Below are positions 9,065 to 17,193 of a stretch of 64,000 nt of DNA, piece by piece. Below the pieces are notes generated by a model. The model made no database searches and was not told the origin of the DNA. It saw nothing but the letters and a program-made list of their open reading frames with translations. Source of the stretch: an uncultured Chloroflexia bacterium (GTDB lineage: Bacteria; Chloroflexota; Limnocylindria; Limnocylindrales; CSP1-4); assembly GCA_963833225.1 (NCBI GenBank), contig CAWHXD010000008.1, positions 640,001 to 704,000 of the forward strand, written 5' to 3'. The position numbers and the translations under genes are program-made. Each line of letters begins with the position of its first letter. Position 1 is the first letter of the stretch.

Positions 9065-9219
9065 CGTACGCGACCGACCGCCTGTTCGAAGAGGTCGCGT
9101 ACGTCGCCTACCACTTCCACTGGCCGATGGACACGATCCTCGACCTTGAGCACCCCCTGAGGCTGCGCTTCGTCGAGGAGATCGGCCGGATCAACAAGCG
9201 CCTGTCCGAGGAGGAGTGA
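9061..9219 (+). CDS. DUF6760-family small CIS protein (52 aa; missing from the ORF track)
   Basis: MTYATDRLFEEVAYVAYHFHWPMDTILDLEHPLRLRFVEEIGRINKRLSEEE; GTGA overlaps with both neighbours. Confidence 0.85.
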   Translation: MTYATDRLFEEVAYVAYHFHWPMDTILDLEHPLRLRFVEEIGRINKRLSEEE

Positions 9220-11234
9220 CCCCCGTGCGCCTGCCCTGGCCGTTCGGCCGCAGGACGCCGTTGGATGGGCCCTCCCCGGCCGCACCGGAGGGGGCCACGC
9301 CGTCGGCCCCATCCACGCCTACCACCGCGACCGCGCCTCCGACCGGCGCGTGGACGTCCCTGCCCCCGATCCAGCGAACCGTGGGTGACGCCCCGCTCGT
9401 CGCGCCCAGCGCCCCGTTCCTGGACGAGGTGCCCGGACACCGGCCGCTCCCGCCGATCGTCCAGCCGCTCGGCCACGAGGCCGGCCCCAGCGCACCTCCG
9501 GGGCTCGTGCTCGCGAAGCCGACGGCCGTGCCCGCCCTGACCTCGCACGCACCGATGCCCGTCCAGCGCCGCGCCGCCGCAGCATCTCCGGCGGTGCCCG
9601 AGACCTGGTCGGAGCCGGAGCCCGTGGCCGAGGCGGCCGAGCCGGTGCGCCACCTGCGGACCGTGACACCCGCCGCGACCGTCGCGCCGTCCCCGCGACC
9701 GTTGACCCAGGCACCGACGGTCACGACGCCGATGGCGCAGCGATCGAGCGCGCCCGGTTCGCGTCCCGATTCACCGGCAGTCACGCCACGCTCACCGGGA
9801 GATCCCGGCACCGGCCTGCCAGCCGGCCTCCCGGCGCCTCGCGGGGCGGTTCCCGGGCGCGCCGGCCGCTGGGCGGAGCATGCCGTGGCCGGGGCCGCGG
9901 CAGCCGGCCTGGGGGCGCCACTGGCCCCAATCCCCTCCGCGGCCGCGGCCCCCACGCCGGCCGGCACGCCGTCATCTCCGCCGCGACCCGGCGCGTCCGC
10001 GCCGGGTCCGGCTGCCTCGGCCCCCCGGGGTGTCTCGGCGCCTGGCGCGGATCCCGCGGCACCGGCGCCCGCCGTCCAGCGCCGCGCCGGTCTCGGGGAT
10101 CCCATGACCACGGCCCCGGCGACCTCGGTCAGCCGGCGACCCGCGATGTCCCTGGCGCCGGCCCGGCGCGGGCTGCCGTCCGCGGCGGCCGGGGCACCGG
10201 AAGCTGCGCCCTATCCGTCCGGGCCCTCGTCAGCGGCGGCAACGGCCGAAGCACCCGCCGCTCGGCCACTGCCAGTGCTTCCCGTCTCGAGGCGGGCGGG
10301 CGCACCGGCGACGGCCGGCGACGCGCGGCACGAGCCCGCGACGTCGTCACGCTCCGCGGTTGCGCACCCGGGGGGCGCGGCTCACAGCACGACCCCGGAC
10401 TCGTCCCGTCACGCGGAGAGGGTCCCAACCGGGTCGCCGTCACGATCACCAATGCCGCACTCGGTCCGCCCCACGCTCGGCGCTCGCCCGCTCCGGCCCA
10501 GCGTCTCCGTCCAGCGCGAGGCTCCCGATGGCACGGCCGGCGGCCCCGCCGAGACCATGACGCCCTCGCCGGTCGCGGCGCGTTGGCCGTCGCGGGTGGA
10601 TCTCCCGGCCACCGTCGACGCCCTGCCGCCGGTCTGGCCGGCAGACGACGCCGTCCCGCTCCAGCGATTGGCATCACCGGATCACTCCCCCGCCCCGGTA
10701 TTCCAGCCGGGCCAGCCCGGCATGCGCGAGATCGTGTTCCCATCCCCCGGCGTCGCGGCGCCGGTGATCGCGGATCCAGCGGGCGGCCCGGCTCGACACG
10801 CCGTGCCGCAGCGGTCGACGGCACCGGCCGTGCGCCCGACGACCTGGCAGCCCGCGCGCCGGGCCTCCGAGCCCTCGCTCAACCTGGCGCGCGCCAGCGC
10901 GCCGGCGGCCGCCCCCATCACCCCACCGGCGTCATCCTCCCCGGGGGCACCGGTGCAGCGGTTCGTCGCCGCGCCCCCCTCGAGCGCGGGGGCTGCCACG
11001 GTGCAGACCACGCGGCCCGGCCCCTCGACCGTGCCCGATATCTCCGTCACGCCCGTGATCCAGCGCATCGACGGGTCCGCTCCGACACCCCAGACCGGCC
11101 GCCCGGGAGGCGCCCGATCCGACAGGGAGCTCGACGAGCTGGCCCAGGCGCTGTTCGGCCGACTCAGAACCCGCCTCCGGACGGAGGTCATCCAGGAGCG
11201 CGAGGCCCGCGGCCTCGGCTTCGACGCCTTCTAG
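9216..11234 (+). CDS. Pro/Ala-rich low-complexity CIS protein in the tape-measure/cargo position
   Basis: Conserved-looking N-terminus (AWTSLPPIQRT..PLGH..APPGLV) and C-terminus (ELDELAQALFGRLRTRLRTEVIQEREARG); nine xQR motifs. Confidence 0.7.
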   Translation: MTPVRLPWPFGRRTPLDGPSPAAPEGATPSAPSTPTTATAPPTGAWTSLPPIQRTVGDAPLVAPSAPFLDEVPGHRPLPPIVQPLGHEAGPSAPPGLVLAKPTAVPALTSHAPMPVQRRAAAASPAVPETWSEPEPVAEAAEPVRHLRTVTPAATVAPSPRPLTQAPTVTTPMAQRSSAPGSRPDSPAVTPRSPGDPGTGLPAGLPAPRGAVPGRAGRWAEHAVAGAAAAGLGAPLAPIPSAAAAPTPAGTPSSPPRPGASAPGPAASAPRGVSAPGADPAAPAPAVQRRAGLGDPMTTAPATSVSRRPAMSLAPARRGLPSAAAGAPEAAPYPSGPSSAAATAEAPAARPLPVLPVSRRAGAPATAGDARHEPATSSRSAVAHPGGAAHSTTPDSSRHAERVPTGSPSRSPMPHSVRPTLGARPLRPSVSVQREAPDGTAGGPAETMTPSPVAARWPSRVDLPATVDALPPVWPADDAVPLQRLASPDHSPAPVFQPGQPGMREIVFPSPGVAAPVIADPAGGPARHAVPQRSTAPAVRPTTWQPARRASEPSLNLARASAPAAAPITPPASSSPGAPVQRFVAAPPSSAGAATVQTTRPGPSTVPDISVTPVIQRIDGSAPTPQTGRPGGARSDRELDELAQALFGRLRTRLRTEVIQEREARGLGFDAF

Positions 11235-11246
11235 CAAGGAGCACCA

Positions 11247-11744
11247 ATGGGCGATCCCGCCATCAGCGTGTTCTACAACGTCACGATTGACGGCTTCATC
11301 CCGCTCGGCTTCTGGAGCAAGGTCGAGGGGCTCGCGATGGAGTACGAGGTCTACGAGTACCGCGAGGGCGGTGTCAACGGCTACATGCACAAGCTGGTGG
11401 GCCCGGCAAAGTTCACCAACCTGCGGCTGTCGCGACCGGTGGACACGACCTCCCCGGCCCTCATGATGTGGCTCCAGAGCAACCAGATGATGGTGATCCC
11501 GCAGACGATGGCCATCACCGCGATGACATCGGGCGGTGACGCGATCACCACCTGGAACCTGGTCGGAGCGGTCCCGGTCAAGTGGACGGGTCCGTCGCTC
11601 GACATCATGAGCAACAACCTCGCCACCGAGACGCTCGAGGTCGCGTACCAGGAGATCAGCCTCATCGGTGGCCTGGCCAGCGCGCTCGCCGGTGCGGTCA
11701 CCGGGGCCATCTCCGGCTCCGTCTCCGCGAGCATCTCGTTCTGA
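11247..11744 (+). CDS. Second tail tube protein (gp19-like)
   Basis: VEGLAMEYEVYEYREGGVNG..NLRLSRP..WNLVGAVPVKWTGPSL..ETLEVAY. Confidence 0.9.
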   Translation: MGDPAISVFYNVTIDGFIPLGFWSKVEGLAMEYEVYEYREGGVNGYMHKLVGPAKFTNLRLSRPVDTTSPALMMWLQSNQMMVIPQTMAITAMTSGGDAITTWNLVGAVPVKWTGPSLDIMSNNLATETLEVAYQEISLIGGLASALAGAVTGAISGSVSASISF

Positions 11745-11754
11745 GGGCGGCGCG

Positions 11755-12498
11755 ATGGTGATGGCCGCCGCGGGTGCCGCGGCAAGCTTCGTCGGCGATG
11801 CCCTGGGGTTCATGAAGCCCACCAAGGCCAAGCTCGTGTGCAAGGACGACAACCTGCCCGACGGTTACGCGCCGCTCGAGGTGATGTTCAACCCGACCGA
11901 GTACACGCTCAAGACGGCCGCCAAGGTCACCCGGACCGACAGCCCGGCGACCCCCGGCGGCACCGCGCAGTTCGCAGGGACCGATGCGATCACGCTGAGC
12001 ATGACGCTGTTCCTGGACGCGTACTCGGAGCCCGAGGGGGACGTCACGCCCAAGGTCAGCACCCTGCTGGGCTGGACCTATCCCACGAAGGCGACGGTCG
12101 GCGACGGACCGACGGCCCACCCCATGCCGCCGCAGGTCGGGCTGGAATGGGGCAACAAGCAGCTCGAGACCTTCTACGGCTACATCACCAACCTCTCGGT
12201 CAGGTACACCGTGTTCCGCATGGATGGCACGCCGGTCCGGGCCACGGTCGAGCTGTCGATCGTGGGCCAGAGCGAGAAGCTCGCCCGCACGAACCCGACC
12301 TCGCACGCGATCGACAGCCGGCGCGTCCGGACCCTGACCGACGGGGACACGCTCCAGTCGATTGCGCACCGAGAGCTTGGCAAGGCGGCCGCCTGGCGGG
12401 CGATCGCCGAGCTCAACGGCATCGACGACCCGCAGCGGGTCGAGGCGGGCTCATCGGTCCTCATCCCCACTCGCGCCGATGCCGCCCGGTACCGCTGA
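11755..12498 (+). CDS. CIS tube-initiator protein with LysM domain
   Basis: VMFNPTEYT, YTVFRMDGTPVRATV, NPTS, LysM GDTLQSIAHRELG..WRAIAELNGIDDP. Confidence 0.9.
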   Translation: MVMAAAGAAASFVGDALGFMKPTKAKLVCKDDNLPDGYAPLEVMFNPTEYTLKTAAKVTRTDSPATPGGTAQFAGTDAITLSMTLFLDAYSEPEGDVTPKVSTLLGWTYPTKATVGDGPTAHPMPPQVGLEWGNKQLETFYGYITNLSVRYTVFRMDGTPVRATVELSIVGQSEKLARTNPTSHAIDSRRVRTLTDGDTLQSIAHRELGKAAAWRAIAELNGIDDPQRVEAGSSVLIPTRADAARYR

Positions 12499-14183
12499 TG
12501 ACCATCGCCCAGTCCGCCCCCACCGCCGCCGTCGTCACGATCGACGGCTCAGACCTCGACGACGCGGTCGCGGGGCATCTCTCGGGTGTCATCGTGGTTG
12601 ACCGGCTGAGCGCGCCGGACATGTTCGCGCTCGTGTTCGACGACCCCGCCCGGACGGTGCTCACGGATGCCGGGCTCGAGATCGGGAAGATCATCGAGAT
12701 CTCCACCAGCTCCAGGCAGAGCTCGGAGCTCGTCTCGCTGATCAAGGGCGAGGTCACGTCGGTCGAGACCGAGTACGACGCGCTCGGCGCGCGGGCGGTC
12801 GTGCGCGGGTACGACAAGTCGCATCGCCTGGCTGCGGGTCGCAAGACGGCGACCTTCCAGGGCGTGACCTACTCGGACATCGCGAGCCAGATCGCATCCG
12901 ACACCGGGCTGCAGGCCGACCTGGACGCCACGGAAGGCGTGTTCGACCACGTGTTCCAGGTCAACCAGTCCAACCTCGACTTCCTGTACGGCCTCGCCCG
13001 GCTTGCCAACCGTGACTTCCGGGTGGAGGGGGACACGCTGCTGTTCAAGCGGCCCGTGGCGTCCGCCGAGGGGCCCGGCCAGGGCGACGCCGAGACCGCG
13101 ACGCCCGACCAGCTCGTGTGCGGCGAGAACCTGGTGGAGTTCCGGGCCCGGATGAGTGCCGTCGGCCAGGTTGCCAAGGTGCAGGTCCGCGGGTGGGATC
13201 CGGGCGAGAAGAAGGCGGTGGTGGGCGAGAAGGACGCCGTCGCGACCAATGCCGAGGTCCAGCTCACGGCGGCCCAGCTCGCCGACAAGGTCGGCGGCCA
13301 GACGCTGGTGGTCGTGGACCACGGCGTCGAGGAGCAGGAGGCGGCGGAACGGCTGGCCCAGGCTCGCGCGGAGCAGGTCGGCAGCGCGGCGTTCGAGGCC
13401 ACGGGCGTCGCGGTGGGCGACCCGGCTCTCAAGGCCGGCGTGGCCGTCAGCGTCTCCGGGGTGGATCCCAGCCTGTGCGGCAAGTGGGTCATCTCGGGCT
13501 CACGGCACGAGATCGTGAACGGCGTCTACCGGACGACCCTCGACTTCGCGGGGCGCCAGGACCGGACCCTGTTCGGGCTGCTCAACCAGGGCAGCGCGGG
13601 TGGCGGTGGCGGGGGCGGGGCGAGCGAGCGCGTTCCCGGCGTCGTGACCGCCCTGGTGGATGACAACGCCGACCCCGAGCAGCTCGGGCGGGTGCGCCTC
13701 AAGTACCCCTGGCTGGGCGACGACGCGGTGTCCTGGTGGGCTCGCGTCGCGGCGCCCGGCGCGGGCCCCGACTACGGGATGGTCTGGCTGCCCCAGGTCG
13801 GCGACGAGGTCCTGGTGGCCTTCGAGCACGGCGACACGAGCCGGCCGATCGTCGTCGGGGGCCTGTGGAACGGGACGGATGCCATCCCGTTCAACTACGA
13901 CGACATGGACAGCGGCAAGGTCACCTACTGCGGCTGGACCTCGCGGACGGGCCACAAGATCAGCATCTGGGAGAGCCAGGGCGACGCCTCGATCCAGCTG
14001 CTGACCGCGAATGGCGAGGTCAACATCGTCCTCGACGACAAGAACAAGGAGCTCAAGGTCGAGACGACCGGAACAATCACGTTCGACGCGCAGGGTGACG
14101 TCTCGATCAAGGCCGGTGGCTCGATGACCCTCGAGGCGTCCGGCCAGATGACCGTCAAGGGCTCCACCGTGGCGCTCAACTAG
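12498..14183 (+). CDS. vgrG: VgrG-like spike (GPD hub plus gp5 OB fold)
   Basis: VRGYDKSHRL, VQVRGWDP, DPEQLGRVRLKYPWL, LPQVGDEVLVAFEHGD..P.VVGGLWNG, short beta-helix tail. Confidence 0.92.
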   Translation: MTIAQSAPTAAVVTIDGSDLDDAVAGHLSGVIVVDRLSAPDMFALVFDDPARTVLTDAGLEIGKIIEISTSSRQSSELVSLIKGEVTSVETEYDALGARAVVRGYDKSHRLAAGRKTATFQGVTYSDIASQIASDTGLQADLDATEGVFDHVFQVNQSNLDFLYGLARLANRDFRVEGDTLLFKRPVASAEGPGQGDAETATPDQLVCGENLVEFRARMSAVGQVAKVQVRGWDPGEKKAVVGEKDAVATNAEVQLTAAQLADKVGGQTLVVVDHGVEEQEAAERLAQARAEQVGSAAFEATGVAVGDPALKAGVAVSVSGVDPSLCGKWVISGSRHEIVNGVYRTTLDFAGRQDRTLFGLLNQGSAGGGGGGGASERVPGVVTALVDDNADPEQLGRVRLKYPWLGDDAVSWWARVAAPGAGPDYGMVWLPQVGDEVLVAFEHGDTSRPIVVGGLWNGTDAIPFNYDDMDSGKVTYCGWTSRTGHKISIWESQGDASIQLLTANGEVNIVLDDKNKELKVETTGTITFDAQGDVSIKAGGSMTLEASGQMTVKGSTVALN

Positions 14184-14209
14184 GGGATGCGGGAGATGAG
14201 GAGGGCCAC

Positions 14210-14614
14210 GTGAGCGTCAACGAGGAGTTCATCGGGCGCGGCTGGGCGTTCCCACTGCGCGTGGACGCGACCGGCAGCATCGCCCTGGTCGGGCGCGAGC
14301 AGGAGATCGAGGAATCGATCCGCCTGATCCTGGGCACGTCGCCGGGCGAGCGACCGATGCGCCCCGAGTTCGGGTGCCGGATCCACGAGTACCTGTTCTC
14401 GTCGGCCGACTCCGAGACCGCGGGTGCCATCGGGCGTGAGGTCCGCAGCGCGCTCCAGCGCTGGGAACCGCGGATTGACGTGGCCGACGTCAACGTGACC
14501 TTCGACGCTCGCGAGGCAACCCTGCTCTACATCAACGTCGGTTACACCATCAAGTCGTCCAACGACCGCCGGAACCTCGTGTTCCCCTTCTACGTGATCC
14601 CGGGAGGAGACTGA
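14210..14614 (+). CDS. gp25/GPW-family baseplate wedge protein
   Basis: FIGRGWAFP..IEESIRLILGTSPGERPMRPEFGC..WEPRI..NLVFPFY. Confidence 0.95.
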   Translation: MSVNEEFIGRGWAFPLRVDATGSIALVGREQEIEESIRLILGTSPGERPMRPEFGCRIHEYLFSSADSETAGAIGREVRSALQRWEPRIDVADVNVTFDAREATLLYINVGYTIKSSNDRRNLVFPFYVIPGGD

Positions 14615-14616
14615 CC

Positions 14617-16563
14617 ATGGCCCTGCCGGTCCCCAACCTTGACGACCGCCGCTTCCAGGACCTCGTGGACGAGGCCAAGCGGCAGGTCCAGCAACGCTGC
14701 CCGGAGTGGACAGACCACAACGTCTCCGATCCGGGCGTGACGCTGATCGAGCTCTTCGCGTGGATGACCGACCAGATCGTCTACCGGCTCAACCGCGTCC
14801 CGGATCGGAACTACGTGAAATTCCTGGAGCTCATCGGTGTCTCGCTGTTCCCGCCGACCGCGGCCCGGACATCGGTCACGTTCTGGCTCTCGGCGCCCCA
14901 GCCGGATGTCGTGACGATCGCCGCCTCCACCCAGGTCGCGACCGTCCGCACGGACACGGCGGAGGCGATCGTGTTCGCCACCACCGAGGCGCTGCCGATC
15001 ATCCCCTCCTCGCTGGCGCGGCTGGGCTCGATGATCGACGGCAAGACGTACCGGGACCACACCGAGGCCCTGGCCAAGGGAGCCGACATCTACGGCTTCC
15101 ACGAGGTTCCCAAGCCGGGTGACGCCCTGTACGTCGGCCTCACCGAGGCCGTTCCGTCGAACGCGGTCCGGCTGCGCTTCAACGCCCACATCGAGGGCGT
15201 TGGCGTGGATCCCACCAACCCGCCGCTTGCCTGGGAGGCCTGGACGGGCGACGACTGGGAGCCCTGCGAGCTGGATTCGGACTCCACGGGGGGTCTCAAC
15301 CGCGACGGCGACGTCGTCCTGCACGTGCCGGCCGGGCACGTGGCCTCACTCATCGCCAAGCAGCGGGCCGGCTGGCTCCGCGGCCGCGTCACCGAGACCG
15401 TCGAGGGGCAGCCCGGCTACAGCTCTTCACCGTCCGTCACCGGCCTGTCGGCGATCACCATCGGCGGGACCGTCGAGGCGGTCAACGCCGACCTGGTGCG
15501 CAACGAGGAGGTCGGGGTCTCCGCCGGGGTCCCCGGCGAGCGATTCTCGCTCACGCGTGGTCCGGTCGTCCCGGGTGATGGCGCCATGATCCTCGAGGTG
15601 TCGGGTGACGATGGCTGGGACGAGTGGACCCAGGTGTCCGACTTCGCCAACTCGGGACCGGACGACAAGCACTTTGCCGTGGATCTCACCGCCGGTGAGG
15701 TCCGGCTGGGTCCGGCCGTTCGGATGGCCGACGGCACCTTGCGCCGATACGGCGCCGTGCCCCCCAAGGGCGCCCACCTCCGCGTCCGCGAATACCGGGT
15801 CGGGGGCGGCCGGCGGGGCAACCTCGCCCCGAGGGCGCTGACCGTCCTCAAGTCCTCGATCCCGTTCGTGAGCCGCGTCGAGAACCGGCGTCCAGGGCGC
15901 GGCGGCGTCGATGGCGAGGACATCGAGAACGCCAAGGTCCGCGGGCCGATCCGGCTCCGGGCCCGGGGGCGTGCCGTGACCACCGAGGACTTCGAGCAGC
16001 TCGCCCGCGAGGCGGCTCCTGAGGTCGCCCGCGTCCGGGCCGTCGCGGCCGGTGACGGTGCCGACGCCGGGTCAGTGCGCGTGCTCGTCGTGCCGGCCGC
16101 CGTGTCGGAGCAGGGGCGGATCCGGTTCGACCAGCTGGTGCCGTCCGAGGACACGCTCCAGGCGATCACCGATCGCCTGGAGGAGAGCCGCGTCATCGGC
16201 ACCCGAGCCAACGTCGAGCCGCCGGTGTACCGGGGCATCACCGTCGTCGCGAAGATCAAGCCGAGGTCGCGGGTCAACCCGTCGCGACTCCAGGAAGAGG
16301 CGCTCGAGGCGCTCTACGCCTATTTTCACCCGATCACCGGGGGGCCCGACGGGATCGGCTGGCCATTCGGCCGCCCGATCAACGTGGGTGAGGTGTTCTC
16401 CGTCCTCCAGGGTCTGCCCGGCACGGAGATCGTCGAGGATGCCCGCCTGTTCGGGGCCGACCCGGTCACCGGCCAGCGCGGCCAGCAGACGCAGCGCCTG
16501 GAGCTCGAACCCCATGCGCTCGTGTTCAGCTACGAGCACCAGGTGCTCGTCGAGGGTGCCTGA
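14617..16563 (+). CDS. Baseplate J-like assembly protein
   Basis: LPVPNLDDRRFQDLV..PEWTDHNVSDPGVTLIELFAW; RAVTTEDFE; GWPFGR. Confidence 0.95.
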   Translation: MALPVPNLDDRRFQDLVDEAKRQVQQRCPEWTDHNVSDPGVTLIELFAWMTDQIVYRLNRVPDRNYVKFLELIGVSLFPPTAARTSVTFWLSAPQPDVVTIAASTQVATVRTDTAEAIVFATTEALPIIPSSLARLGSMIDGKTYRDHTEALAKGADIYGFHEVPKPGDALYVGLTEAVPSNAVRLRFNAHIEGVGVDPTNPPLAWEAWTGDDWEPCELDSDSTGGLNRDGDVVLHVPAGHVASLIAKQRAGWLRGRVTETVEGQPGYSSSPSVTGLSAITIGGTVEAVNADLVRNEEVGVSAGVPGERFSLTRGPVVPGDGAMILEVSGDDGWDEWTQVSDFANSGPDDKHFAVDLTAGEVRLGPAVRMADGTLRRYGAVPPKGAHLRVREYRVGGGRRGNLAPRALTVLKSSIPFVSRVENRRPGRGGVDGEDIENAKVRGPIRLRARGRAVTTEDFEQLAREAAPEVARVRAVAAGDGADAGSVRVLVVPAAVSEQGRIRFDQLVPSEDTLQAITDRLEESRVIGTRANVEPPVYRGITVVAKIKPRSRVNPSRLQEEALEALYAYFHPITGGPDGIGWPFGRPINVGEVFSVLQGLPGTEIVEDARLFGADPVTGQRGQQTQRLELEPHALVFSYEHQVLVEGA

Positions 16564-17117
16564 TGCGGGGCGGTCTGACCGGTCTGGCATCGCCCCATCC
16601 CCTGGGGCCAACGCTGCCCGCGATCTACCAGGACGACGACTTCGCGCAGCGGATGCTCGAAGCCTTCGACCAGGTCGTGGCCCCCATCTACTCGACCCTC
16701 GACAACTTCGATGCCTACCTCGATCCGTGGCTGGCGCCCGAGGACTTCCTCGCCTGGCTTGGCGGCTGGGTGGGCTTCGCGCTCGACGACAGCTGGGATG
16801 ACGCCCGGAAGCGAGAGGTCGTCGCGCGTGCCGCCGAGCTGTTCCGGATGCGTGGGACTGCGGCGGGGCTGGCCGGCCAGGTCGCGATCCAGACCGGCGG
16901 CACGGTTCAGATCATCGAGAACGGCGCGACGGGCTGGTCCGTGGACCCTGGGGGCGAGCTCCCCGGGTCCGCGGAGCCGCTGGTCGTGGTCCGCGTGACC
17001 GTGCCCGACCCCAAGGCCGTCGATGCGGCTCGGCTCGATGCCCTCGTCGCGACGGCCAAGCCCGCCCATGTGATGCACCGGATCGAGCTGGTCAAGGGCC
17101 CGGCGCCAAAGGGATGA
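16563..17117 (+). CDS. Phage tail protein I-like baseplate protein
   Basis: [41 protein letters not shown]. Confidence 0.9.
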   Translation: MRGGLTGLASPHPLGPTLPAIYQDDDFAQRMLEAFDQVVAPIYSTLDNFDAYLDPWLAPEDFLAWLGGWVGFALDDSWDDARKREVVARAAELFRMRGTAAGLAGQVAIQTGGTVQIIENGATGWSVDPGGELPGSAEPLVVVRVTVPDPKAVDAARLDALVATAKPAHVMHRIELVKGPAPKG

Positions 17118-17193
17118 GCCGGCCCGGCTGGATCGTACCGGCCCGCGCCGTCTATCCTTCGCGGGTTGGCGTCGGGGAGCGGGGAGGGCACGC

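Noticed and set aside
6635-17117. Prophage or T6SS
   Set aside because: No capsid, terminase, portal or integrase genes and no TssJLM or ClpV. Pvc16, the Afp15-like ATPase and DUF4157 indicate a CIS.
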